A stretch of DNA of 51,649 nt from an uncultured Gammaproteobacteria bacterium (GTDB lineage: Bacteria; Patescibacteriota; Patescibacteriia; Patescibacteriales; GWC2-42-12): NCBI GenBank assembly GCA_964467155.1, contig CAYXNZ010000003.1, positions 1-51,649 on the forward strand. The letters run 5' to 3'. Positions 16,244-24,298 of the stretch are shown piece after piece. Made by a program: the position numbers and the translations under genes. Below the pieces are notes generated by a model. That model was not told where the DNA came from, ran no database searches, and was given only the letters and a program-made list of their open reading frames with translations. How positions within the stretch are numbered: position 1 is the stretch's first letter; each line of letters starts with the position of its first letter.

Positions 16244-16422
16244 GGGGATATAGTTAAGTGGTATAACACAGCATTCGCACCTGCCCGCCATGGCTATTGG
16301 GCCTATGGTCTAGTGGTATGACATCGCATTCGCATTGCGGAGACGGCAGTTCGATTCTGCCTAGGTCCACAGGCGATGACAGGCGGGTTGCTGAATCCTG
16401 GGTTCGACTCCCAGTATCTCCA
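16244..16422 (+). tRNA. Interrupted (outer) tRNA-Ala(CGC): exons 16244-16279 and 16388-16422, with a 108-nt insertion at position 37/38
   Basis: Joined exons give a 71-nt cloverleaf: GGGGATA/TATCTCC with G3:U70, GTTA/TAAC, CAGCA/TGCTG, loop TTCGCAT, CTGGG/CCCAG, TTCGACT, A73. Confidence 0.85.
16299..16369 (+). tRNA. Intact (inner) tRNA-Ala(CGC), no encoded CCA
   Basis: GGGCCTA/TAGGTCC with G3:U70, GTC/GAC, TCGCA/TGCGG, anticodon CGC 16331-16333, GGCAG/CTGCC, TTCGATT, A73. Confidence 0.92.
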
Positions 16423-16449
16423 CCCTTAATTTAAATAATATAAAAATAT

Positions 16450-16788
16450 ATGAATTTAATTTTAAAATGGGCCATAATGGCCATATCTATTTTATTAGTT
16501 GCTTATCTCGTTCCAGGGGTTGTTATTAGTGGTGTCTGGGCTACTCTATGGCTAGCTTTGTTTTTGGGTTTGGTCAATGTCACTTTAAAGCCGGTGTTGA
16601 TTGTTTTAACTTTGCCTATTAATCTTTTAACCTTGGGCTTATTTACGTTTGTGATTAACGCTTTATTAATTCTATTAGCTTCATCTGTGATCAAGGGATT
16701 TGTTGTTGATGGATTTTTGGTTGCTATGCTTTTTAGTATAGCTTTATCTTTAGTGAGTTTTGTCTTAAACAAAATATTCAGAAAATAA
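16450..16788 (+). CDS. 4-TM phage-holin-like (YvlD-type) membrane protein
   Basis: LVN..LKPVL..LTLPINLLTLGLFTFVINA motif. Confidence 0.85.
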   Translation: MNLILKWAIMAISILLVAYLVPGVVISGVWATLWLALFLGLVNVTLKPVLIVLTLPINLLTLGLFTFVINALLILLASSVIKGFVVDGFLVAMLFSIALSLVSFVLNKIFRK

Positions 16789-16797
16789 AGTCAGTCG

Positions 16798-16877
16798 CGG
16801 ACTGTGGTATGAAGGTATTACGCGCGCTTCGTCACGAGATGAACTCGTGACTGCCATGGGTTTATCCCGTGGCGGGA
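16798..16877 (+). pseudogene. Orphan 5' half of tRNA-Pro(CGG) (positions 1-38) with a 43-nt double-hairpin insertion in the anticodon
   Basis: Matches the intact tRNA-Pro 5' half with 2 mismatches; insertion 16831-16873 = GTCACGAG/CTCGTGAC + GCCATGGG/CCCGTGGC; no 3' half found. Confidence 0.8.
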
Positions 16878-16926
16878 CTAAAAAATAATGACGTTAATAA
16901 ATTTATAAAAAATTCAAAATTGATTA

Positions 16927-16997
16927 CGGGCTGTGGTATAAAGGTATTACGCGCGCTTCGGGAGCGTGTAACCCCGGTTCAATTCCGGGCAGCCCGA
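16927..16997 (+). tRNA. tRNA-Pro(CGG), no encoded CCA
   Basis: CGGGCTG/CAGCCCG, CGCGC/GCGTG, loop TTCGGGA, CCCGG/CCGGG, TTCAATT. Confidence 0.93.
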
Positions 16998-17005
16998 CAC
17001 AAAAC

Positions 17006-17037
17006 AAAAAACACCTGTGTTAAACAGGTGTTTTTTT
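17006..17037. terminator. Bidirectional intrinsic terminator between tRNA-Pro and the cold-shock gene
   Basis: AAAAAACACCTG-N7-CAGGTGTTTTTTT. Confidence 0.8.
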
Positions 17038-17053
17038 GCTATGTAAAAAAGTA

Positions 17054-17248
17054 TTAAGCTTTTTTAACACCGACTGCAGCTTTACCTTTTGGAGTCTCTT
17101 CGACTTCAAAGGTAACAGCATCGCCTTCTCTTAACTGATCGAAATCAGTACCTTCCAAATTGTTGGCGTGAAAAAATAAATCATCAGCGCCATCTTGAGC
17201 GATAAAACCAAAGTTTTTGTCGGTCAATTTTTTGATAGTTCCTTGCAT
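17054..17248 (-). CDS. Cold-shock domain protein
   Basis: GTIK...NFGFI, LFFHAN (RNP1/RNP2), GDAVTFEVEETPKGKAAVGV. Confidence 0.93.
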   Translation of the reverse strand: MQGTIKKLTDKNFGFIAQDGADDLFFHANNLEGTDFDQLREGDAVTFEVEETPKGKAAVGVKKA

Positions 17249-17377
17249 AAAAATGTAAAGATAAACTAATTAAATAAATACTAAGAAGTAGAAATTCGAC
17301 TTTATCTCTACACTTCTAATATTTGTCGTTCTTGATTTAGTTAATCAAGAATGGTTAGTAATTAAACTAACTACTCA

Positions 17378-17406
17378 AGACTACCACAAAACACTTTCCT
17401 TGTCAA
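17378..17406 (-). promoter_or_regulatory. Promoter of the cold-shock gene, TTGACA-N17-TAGTCT with TGn extension; about 120-nt structured 5' UTR
   Basis: Reverse-complement motifs at 17401-17406 and 17378-17383. Confidence 0.6.
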
Positions 17407-17410
17407 GGAT

Positions 17411-19201
17411 TTACTTTTTTCGGCTAGCTCTAACTCTTTCGTTCTCTGTTAGAAACTGTTTTCTTAGACGAATATGATTTGGGGTAATTTCTAGATATTC
17501 ATCATCACTCATGATACTCATCCCTCTTTCCAAGGTTAATTTTACTGGTGGTTTCAAATAAATCGCTTCATCAGAGCCAGAAGCACGGACATTGGTTAAT
17601 TGTTTGCCTTTAGTTGGGTTAACGGCCATGTCTTGTCCTTTAGCAGCATTACCAATTACCATACCCTCATAGACTTCTGTGCCAGCATCAATATATAGAG
17701 TGCCTCTATTTTGTAAATTAAATAATGAAAAGCCAAGGACTTTGCCGGTGGCCATAGAAATCATTGAACCAACGTCATGTTTTTTAATTTCACCAACATG
17801 GGGTCGAAAACCAACGACTCTAGTATAAATAATTCCTTCACCACGAGTATCAACTACAAATTCATTGCGATAGCCGAGTAAACCTCGAGTTGGGATTTCA
17901 AAAACAATTTTTATACCACCATGTTCTGGCGACATGCCAATCATATTTCCCTGTCGAGTAGATAAGCTCTGGATTACCGTACCGGACATTTCTTCAGGTA
18001 CATTGATAATAACTTCTTCAAATGGTTCAAGTTTGGCACCATCTTCTTCTTTGATAATGACACGTGGTTGTGATATTTGCATTTCATAACCTTGGCGGCG
18101 CATATTTTCTAGAAGAATAGCAATATGCATTTCACCTCGACCAGAAATTTTGTAGTGATCAATCGCTGAGAAATCAATCTTCAAACCGACATTGACTTCC
18201 AATTCTTTTTCCAATCTTTCTTTGAGTTGTCTGTTGGTCACATATTTACCGTCTTTACCGGCAAAGGGAGAATTATTAATAAGTAAATTTAAAGAAATAG
18301 TTGGTTCGTCAATATTGATAGCGGGCAAAGCTTCCTCTGCTTCAGTGGCACAAATAGTTTCACCAATAAAAATATCAGGCAGACCAGCCACCATGACGAT
18401 ATCGCCAGCTTCGGCGGTTTTAACTTCTTTTCTTCTTAAACCTTCAAAAGTAAATAATTTACCAATCTTACCTTTACGAATTTCTCCAGTCGTATCTTTG
18501 ATTATAATATTAGATGCTTCTTTAATAACGCCTTCATAGATTCGACCGATGGCTAGCCGACCAAGAAAATTATCATAGGCCAGATTAAAAGGTTGCATGC
18601 GTAATGGTTTGGCTGATTCTTTTTTGCCTGAAGCAATAGGTACTTGTTTTATTAGCGTATCTAAAAGGGGAGTTAAATCTTTAGAATCATCTTCCAGATT
18701 TATTTTAGCAATACCATCACGAGCAATCGCATAAAGAGTGAGGAAGTCTAGTTGTTCGTCACTTGCACCTATATCAAGAAAAAGTTCATAAACCATTTCT
18801 TTGACTATTTCTGGGCGAGCAGCTGGTTTATCAATTTTATTCAAAATAACAATCGGCTTCAATCCTAAGTCAAGTGATTTTTTTAAAACAAATTTTGTTT
18901 GAGGCATTGGACCTTCTTGAGCGTCAACCACCAAAAGCACAGAATCAATTGAACGCAAAACACGCTCAACTTCTGAGCCAAAGTCGGCATGTCCAGGTGT
19001 GTCCACGATATTTATCTTAGTTTTTTTGTAATAGACAGAAGTATTTTTTGAATAAATAGTAATACCTCTTTCTTTTTCTAATGTGTCGCTGTCCATGCTT
19101 TCTCCAGCTTCCAACATGCCTGTTTGCTCCATTAGGGCATCAGTCAAGGTTGTCTTGCCGTGGTCAACATGAGCGATAATTGCAATGTTTCTTATTTCCA
19201 T
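17411..19201 (-). CDS. typA: Translational GTPase TypA/BipA
   Basis: [39 protein letters not shown]-terminal EITP..IRLRK. Confidence 0.96.
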   Translation of the reverse strand: MEIRNIAIIAHVDHGKTTLTDALMEQTGMLEAGESMDSDTLEKERGITIYSKNTSVYYKKTKINIVDTPGHADFGSEVERVLRSIDSVLLVVDAQEGPMPQTKFVLKKSLDLGLKPIVILNKIDKPAARPEIVKEMVYELFLDIGASDEQLDFLTLYAIARDGIAKINLEDDSKDLTPLLDTLIKQVPIASGKKESAKPLRMQPFNLAYDNFLGRLAIGRIYEGVIKEASNIIIKDTTGEIRKGKIGKLFTFEGLRRKEVKTAEAGDIVMVAGLPDIFIGETICATEAEEALPAINIDEPTISLNLLINNSPFAGKDGKYVTNRQLKERLEKELEVNVGLKIDFSAIDHYKISGRGEMHIAILLENMRRQGYEMQISQPRVIIKEEDGAKLEPFEEVIINVPEEMSGTVIQSLSTRQGNMIGMSPEHGGIKIVFEIPTRGLLGYRNEFVVDTRGEGIIYTRVVGFRPHVGEIKKHDVGSMISMATGKVLGFSLFNLQNRGTLYIDAGTEVYEGMVIGNAAKGQDMAVNPTKGKQLTNVRASGSDEAIYLKPPVKLTLERGMSIMSDDEYLEITPNHIRLRKQFLTENERVRASRKK

Positions 19202-19274
19202 ACAAATTAAAACCGCCTCTTTACAAAGCGGTGGCTAGCTTAGTTAGGTTAGGTTTATTTATGTTTATTGTTTA

Positions 19275-19303
19275 TTTATATAATAAAATTATTAAAAAGT
19301 CAA
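19275..19303 (-). promoter_or_regulatory. Candidate typA promoter TTGACT-N17-TATAAA
   Basis: Reverse-complement motifs at 19298-19303 and 19275-19280. Confidence 0.55.
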
Positions 19304-19322
19304 CCTTTTAGTTTATTTAAAC

Positions 19323-19507
19323 AAAAAAAAGAAGAGGCAAATCTTCTTTTTTTTCTGCCTTATTACAGAAACGGCGAGTCTCTCAACTTGTTTTGTTGTT
19401 ATATTTTGAGTTTCTCTTATGACTCTACCCGCATTAACCAGAAATATTCTAGACCACTCTTCCATTCGACATGGCTAGTATTGGTTAATAAGAAAATCTG
19501 CCTCTCA
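19323..19507 (-). ncRNA. Candidate structured RNA / attenuator upstream of typA
   Basis: 15-17 bp closing stem (19490-19504 with 19334-19348, G-U pairs favour the minus strand), four inner stems, 13-bp terminator hairpin 19323-19354 ending in U8, own promoter. Confidence 0.5.
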
Positions 19508-19512
19508 GTATT

Positions 19513-19541
19513 AATTTAGACAAAATAATAGAAAAAGTCAA
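19513..19541 (-). promoter_or_regulatory. Promoter TTGACT-N17-TAAATT driving the candidate RNA
   Basis: Reverse-complement motifs at 19536-19541 and 19513-19518. Confidence 0.5.
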
Positions 19542-19669
19542 CCCTTTGGTAAAAAATATCTTTATTATTCCATAATATTTAAAATTGACGGAATAATGAG
19601 GGTTTGTGGTATAATGAAAATATAAGTATTTAGTGTAAAATATAGATTTAATTATAGTTTATTAATATT

Positions 19670-20035
19670 ATGGATGACACAATATCAATAAAAGAATTAA
19701 AGGAAATTATAAAAAAATTTCGTGATGAGCGAGATTGGAAGCAGTTTCATGACGCTAAAAATCTTGCTGAAGCTATTTCGATAGAAGCTGCTGAACTCCA
19801 GGAGCTTTTTTTGTGGAAAAATGTAGATGAAATTAATAATAAGATTAAGAATGAGCCGGAGTATAGAAAAAAAATTGAATATGAATTAAGTGATGTTATT
19901 ACTTTTGCGCTAAATTTAGCCAATACTCTCGATATTGATGTAGCGAAAACTATTACGGAAAAAATTAAAATAAATAATAAGAGATATCCAGTCGATAAAG
20001 CTAGAGGGACGGCGGATAAATATGATAAGTTATGA
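19670..20035 (+). CDS. MazG-like nucleotide pyrophosphohydrolase
   Basis: FRDERDWKQFH, NLAEAISIEAAELQELFLW, ELSDV, RYPVDKARG...KY. Confidence 0.88.
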   Translation: MDDTISIKELKEIIKKFRDERDWKQFHDAKNLAEAISIEAAELQELFLWKNVDEINNKIKNEPEYRKKIEYELSDVITFALNLANTLDIDVAKTITEKIKINNKRYPVDKARGTADKYDKL

Positions 20036-21888
20036 TTGTTTATAAATCAACGAAGCAGGGTTTTAGTAATGATGTGGTAACAAATAAAATTGAGACTGCT
20101 ATTTATGATATTTTTCAGAAAAAATTAAAAAGAAAGACCACGATAAATGAAATGAATTCATGGAAAAATTCAATGATGTATATGCAGAACATTTTAGAGG
20201 ATAAAGAAATTCCAAGTGATTGTGGAGTTATGATAGAATACCAAATACCTCAAACCTCAAAAAGAATAGATTTTATTTTAACAGGCAAAGACGAAAGTGA
20301 TACAGATTACGCATTAATCATAGAGTTAAAACAATGGGAAAAGGCGCAAATCACGGAGAAGGACGGAATTGTTGAAACCTTCTTGGGAAAAGCTATTCGA
20401 GAAACCCCACATCCATCCTATCAAGCATGGTCTTATGCAGCTCTTCTCGAAGGATTTAATGAAGCCGTTTATGATGGGGAAATAAAAATTAAGCCTTGTG
20501 CTTATTTGCATAATTGCGCAGAAGGATATTCACTGAGAGATGATTTTTATTCGGCATATATAGATAAAGCACCATTATTTTTAAGACCGGACGTCTTAGA
20601 ACTTAGAGATTTTATAAAAAAATTTGTAAAAAAAGGTGATAGAGGGAAAGTTATTTATGAAATAGAAAATGGCAGAATTAAGCCTTCAAAAAGTTTAGCA
20701 GATAGTTTAGTCAAAATGCTTAAGGGTAATCAAGAATTTATAATGATTGATGATCAAAAAGTTATTTTCGAGACCGCAGTTGCGCTAGCAAAACAATCTT
20801 CTAAGAAACAAAAGAATGTATTAATAATAGAAGGAGGGCCGGGAACGGGCAAGTCAGTTGTGGCAATTAATCTTTTAGTAGAATTAACCAAACATGGGTT
20901 AGTAACTAAATATGTTACGAAAAATTTAGCACCGCGTACGGTTTATGCTAGTAAGCTGACAGGTTCAATGACCAAGACAGAAATCAATAATCTTTTTACG
21001 GGATCAGGAGTTTTTACAGAAGCTAAAGATAACATTTTTGATGCTCTAGTAGTCGATGAAGCCCATCGTCTAAATGAAAGATCAGGTTTATTTAGTAATT
21101 TCGGAGAAAACCAGATAAAAGAAATAATTAAATCGTCTAAATTTTCTATATTTTTCATTGACGAAAACCAAAAGGTAACTTTTAAGGATATTGGTAGAAA
21201 AGAGGAAATAGAAAAATGGGCAAAAAAACAAGGAGCCACTATTCATACAGGTGAATTAAAGTCTCAATTTAGGTGTAATGGCTCTGACGGATATTTATCT
21301 TGGCTAGATAATATTTTACAAATTAGAGAAACCGCTAATATTGATTTACAAGACATTAATTTTGATTTTAAAGTTATTGATGATCCCAATAAACTTAGAG
21401 ATATTATTTTTGAAAAGAATAAGATTAATAATAAAGCTCGATTAATTGCGGGATATTGTTGGGACTGGGTAAGTAGAAAAAATAAAGATGTTAACGACAT
21501 TATAATTCCGGAATATAATTTTAAGATGAAGTGGAATTTAGGTAAAGACGGAAATCTTTGGATTATTGCACCTGATTCTGTGAATGAAGTTGGATGTATT
21601 CACACTTGTCAGGGACTTGAACTAGATTACGTCGGGGTTATTATTGGGAATGATCTAATTGTTAGAAATAATGAAGTTTTAGTTGATCCGTCGGCAAGAG
21701 CTAAAACAGATCAATCTCTTAAGGGTTATAAGAAATTGTTAAAAGAAAATGAAAGTGAGGCGAAAGAAAAGGCTAGGGAGATTATTAAAAATACTTATAG
21801 AACTTTACTGACTCGAGGGATGAAGGGCTGTTATGTTTATTTTACAGATAAGGAAACAGAGAGATTTTTTAAGAGTAGGATGGAGTAA
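20032..21888 (+). CDS. DUF2075 (Schlafen group-3-like) helicase with N-terminal nuclease-like region
   Basis: IDFIL...IIELKQW, GGPGTGKS, VVDEAH, SQFRCNG, CIHTCQGLELDY, YRTLLTRG; ATGA overlap with the MazG-like gene. Confidence 0.88.
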   Translation: MIVYKSTKQGFSNDVVTNKIETAIYDIFQKKLKRKTTINEMNSWKNSMMYMQNILEDKEIPSDCGVMIEYQIPQTSKRIDFILTGKDESDTDYALIIELKQWEKAQITEKDGIVETFLGKAIRETPHPSYQAWSYAALLEGFNEAVYDGEIKIKPCAYLHNCAEGYSLRDDFYSAYIDKAPLFLRPDVLELRDFIKKFVKKGDRGKVIYEIENGRIKPSKSLADSLVKMLKGNQEFIMIDDQKVIFETAVALAKQSSKKQKNVLIIEGGPGTGKSVVAINLLVELTKHGLVTKYVTKNLAPRTVYASKLTGSMTKTEINNLFTGSGVFTEAKDNIFDALVVDEAHRLNERSGLFSNFGENQIKEIIKSSKFSIFFIDENQKVTFKDIGRKEEIEKWAKKQGATIHTGELKSQFRCNGSDGYLSWLDNILQIRETANIDLQDINFDFKVIDDPNKLRDIIFEKNKINNKARLIAGYCWDWVSRKNKDVNDIIIPEYNFKMKWNLGKDGNLWIIAPDSVNEVGCIHTCQGLELDYVGVIIGNDLIVRNNEVLVDPSARAKTDQSLKGYKKLLKENESEAKEKAREIIKNTYRTLLTRGMKGCYVYFTDKETERFFKSRME

Positions 21889-21892
21889 AAAA

Positions 21893-21946
21893 GTTTATAA
21901 GTTATATGGATTAACTGATGAGGAAGTAAAAATTGTTGAAGAATAA
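21893..21946 (+). pseudogene. C-terminal remnant resembling a Type IIG restriction-modification enzyme
   Basis: Reads VYKLYGLTDEEVKIVEE*, like the terminal helix of Eco57I/TaqI-C-type proteins; no start codon or upstream body. Confidence 0.55.
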
Positions 21947-22025
21947 AAATAAAAATAAAATAGTTATCCACATTGTTTTCCTAGTACCAGGAAAACAATA
22001 ATTTAATTTAATTTTATTAAAATAC

Positions 22026-22841
22026 ATGGCAAATGAAATTGTTGTCGCTTCTTTAAATGAAGATTTTGAAAGTATAAAAAAAATAGATAAAAATGGGATT
22101 GAATACTGGGAAGCCAGAGAATTAATGCCGATTTTAGGTTACGCAAAATGGCAAAATGCAGAGGAGGTAATAGCTAGGGCGGCTAGAGCTTGCATTAATA
22201 GCGGTCAGCTTGTGGATAACCATTTTACTGGGTTTAGTAAAATGGTCAAAATTGGTTCAGATTCGGTAAGGGAAGTAAGGAATTGGAAATTGGACCGTTA
22301 TGCTTGTTATTTGATTGCTCAAAATGGTGATTCAAAAAAATCAGAAATCGCTTTGGCTCAAACATATTTCGCTATCCAAACCAGAAAACAAGAAATTTTT
22401 GAGCAACTTACTGAAGCAGACAAAAGACTTTTTATTAGAGGTGAAGTGACTGCGGAGAATAAAAAATTGTTTAGTACGGCCAAGCGAGCAGGCGTAACAA
22501 AATTTGGATCTTTTAATGACGCTGGTTATCGCGGTTTATATGGTAGGCCGTTAAATGAAATTGAAAAGAAAAAAAGCATAAGAAAAGGTGAATTGTTGGA
22601 TCGAGCTGGAAAAACTGAGTTAGCCGCTAATTTATTTCGAATTACGCAAACAGATGAGAAAATAAAGAAAGATAATATTAAGGGAAACGATCAAGCGTCA
22701 AGAACTCATTTTATGGTAGGCGGTAAAGTTCGGCAAACTATTAAAGATATCGGTGGCACAACCCCTGAAAATTTATCACCAGAGAGACATATTAAAGAAT
22801 TAAAAAGTGAAAAGAAAAAAAGTTTGAAAGAAAATAATTAA
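22026..22841 (+). CDS. dinD: DNA damage-inducible protein D (BRO-like N-terminus)
   Basis: EYWEAREL..LGY.KW, LDRYACYLIAQNGD, AQTYFAIQTR.QE, ELAANLFRITQT, VGGKVRQTI. Confidence 0.88.
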   Translation: MANEIVVASLNEDFESIKKIDKNGIEYWEARELMPILGYAKWQNAEEVIARAARACINSGQLVDNHFTGFSKMVKIGSDSVREVRNWKLDRYACYLIAQNGDSKKSEIALAQTYFAIQTRKQEIFEQLTEADKRLFIRGEVTAENKKLFSTAKRAGVTKFGSFNDAGYRGLYGRPLNEIEKKKSIRKGELLDRAGKTELAANLFRITQTDEKIKKDNIKGNDQASRTHFMVGGKVRQTIKDIGGTTPENLSPERHIKELKSEKKKSLKENN

Positions 22842-22845
22842 AAAT

Positions 22846-23547
22846 ATGTCAGACGACACTATTTTAAATACATCTAGAGATTCCAGCGAGGCAAACCCGT
22901 CTGTTGTCGAGGCAGGTTCGTCTACACCTAGCGATTCTGGCGAGGCAGGCCCGCCTGTCGTAGAGGCAAACCCGCCTACACCTGGCGGTTTCGGCGAGGC
23001 AGGCCCGCCTACGTCTAATGACTCCGGCGAGGCAAGTAAAATTAATTCGCTTCCTACGGAGCAAGCAGAGTCTTTGGTTACGCCACCTATTGCGGAGAGT
23101 GAGGTAGAAGTTAAGGAAGAAAAGTCTGGAGATTCTATCGCTCCACTCCAGAATGACAAGGCTCCGGTTCAGAATGACAAAGAGGAAGAAAAAGTTTTAG
23201 ATTCTATCGCTCCACTCCAGAATGACAAGGCTCCGGTTCAGAATGACAAAGTGGAAGAAGCTGTAATCCCAGCGCCTGAACCTAAGATTTCTTTTGCTGA
23301 AAGGTTTCTAGAGCATATGAAGAAGATGAGAGAGCGAGCGAATTTCAAGCGGGTGGAAAATATTGAAAAAAATTTAGAAATTATCATAAAGGAGGCTTGG
23401 AAAACTGAAAAGATTACTAATAATGACGTTGAGCGGGTATGCGGAGTAAGCGACAGAACGGCCCTAAGGTATCTTAAAAAACTCGTGAAAACTGGCAAAT
23501 TAATGCGTTTTGGCGAGGGTACAAACATACACTATAAACCTTTGTGA
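22846..23547 (+). CDS. Protein with repeat-rich disordered N-terminus and C-terminal winged HTH
   Basis: EA(G/N)P repeats, two DSIAPLQNDKAPVQNDK units, C-terminal ITNNDVE..CGVSDRTALRYLKKL...G.GT...Y. Confidence 0.7.
   Translation: MSDDTILNTSRDSSEANPSVVEAGSSTPSDSGEAGPPVVEANPPTPGGFGEAGPPTSNDSGEASKINSLPTEQAESLVTPPIAESEVEVKEEKSGDSIAPLQNDKAPVQNDKEEEKVLDSIAPLQNDKAPVQNDKVEEAVIPAPEPKISFAERFLEHMKKMRERANFKRVENIEKNLEIIIKEAWKTEKITNNDVERVCGVSDRTALRYLKKLVKTGKLMRFGEGTNIHYKPL
23131..23249. repeat. Two identical 50-nt in-frame units GATTCTATCGCTCCACTCCAGAATGACAAGGCTCCGGTTCAGAATGACAA
   Basis: Copies at 23131-23180 and 23200-23249; GATTC...GAATGAC ends resemble the REP family at 16151. Confidence 0.85.
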
Positions 23548-23649
23548 TAGATCCCGCCATTTGGCTCAAAAGGCGGGATTGAGGGAGATAAATTGACATT
23601 GAGACAAACAATAAAAGATAGCTAAAAATAGCTATTTTTTGGTATTTGA

Positions 23650-23678
23650 TTGACAATAATTATTATTTATGTTATCAT
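23650..23678 (+). promoter_or_regulatory. Promoter TTGACA-N17-TATCAT with TGn extension
   Basis: TTGACA 23650-23655, TATCAT 23673-23678. Confidence 0.7.
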
Positions 23679-23723
23679 ATAAAGTTAATATTTGAAAATT
23701 ATAACTAATTCCAGACAGGAGGA

Positions 23724-24137
23724 ATGAAGATGGACAAGAGAGATAAAGATTTGGCGGATTTTGAAAAGACTTTTGGTCGCTTCAAGAGTCATCCGGGGTA
23801 TAATGAGCTTTTCGCGGATTTTGTTAAAATGCAAAAAGAACACCCGGACGGGCAAAAACCTTCCGATCTTCCAATTGCCAAGGAATTTCCCGAAATCAAT
23901 TGGGACGGCAACGAAGAAATCGGAATATTTTTGAAAGGTGTCCTGAAAAATCAGGAAAAAATTATTGCGAAATACAAACAAGCTCTGGATGCAGGTGGAA
24001 AGGAATACTCAGATTTTGTTTGGGGAATAATTCAAGATCTTTCAAAGTACACCGTCATAGCCCATTTCTTGCAGATAAAAGTAAGCTTAACCAAATATCT
24101 CAAGGATGAGGCAAATAAAGAGCATGTACTTCACTAG
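23724..24137 (+). CDS. Hypothetical helical protein
   Basis: 137-aa ORF with AGGAGG site, own promoter and terminator; no recognised motif. Confidence 0.6.
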   Translation: MKMDKRDKDLADFEKTFGRFKSHPGYNELFADFVKMQKEHPDGQKPSDLPIAKEFPEINWDGNEEIGIFLKGVLKNQEKIIAKYKQALDAGGKEYSDFVWGIIQDLSKYTVIAHFLQIKVSLTKYLKDEANKEHVLH

Positions 24138-24166
24138 CGTAATAGCGTAATTACGTGATTACAAGG

Positions 24167-24200
24167 AGCCGGTAAGTCTAAAAACTTCCGGCTTTTTCTT
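24167..24200 (+). terminator. Intrinsic terminator
   Basis: AGCCGG-T-AAG...CTT-CCGGCT followed by a T-rich tract. Confidence 0.65.
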
Positions 24201-24298
24201 TTTGTAAAAAATTCACAGAGAGGTTGAAAAGTGGTAAAATATAAGGACGAGATAATGAAATTAATAATAAAAAAATAATTTATAATTAATATAAATCT

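Noticed and set aside
16030-16269. 79-aa minus-strand ORF, and 62-aa plus-strand ORF at 16869-17057
   Set aside because: They are translations of repeat and tRNA sequence.
16274-16393. Archaeal-type bulge-helix-bulge or group I intron in the outer tRNA-Ala
   Set aside because: The required 4-bp helix (UUCG with GGCG) has two mismatches; the insert is only 37 nt apart from the inner tRNA and has no group I core.
19268-19519. 83-aa plus-strand ORF
   Set aside because: No motif; it spans two minus-strand promoters and a terminator, so it is likely a shadow ORF.
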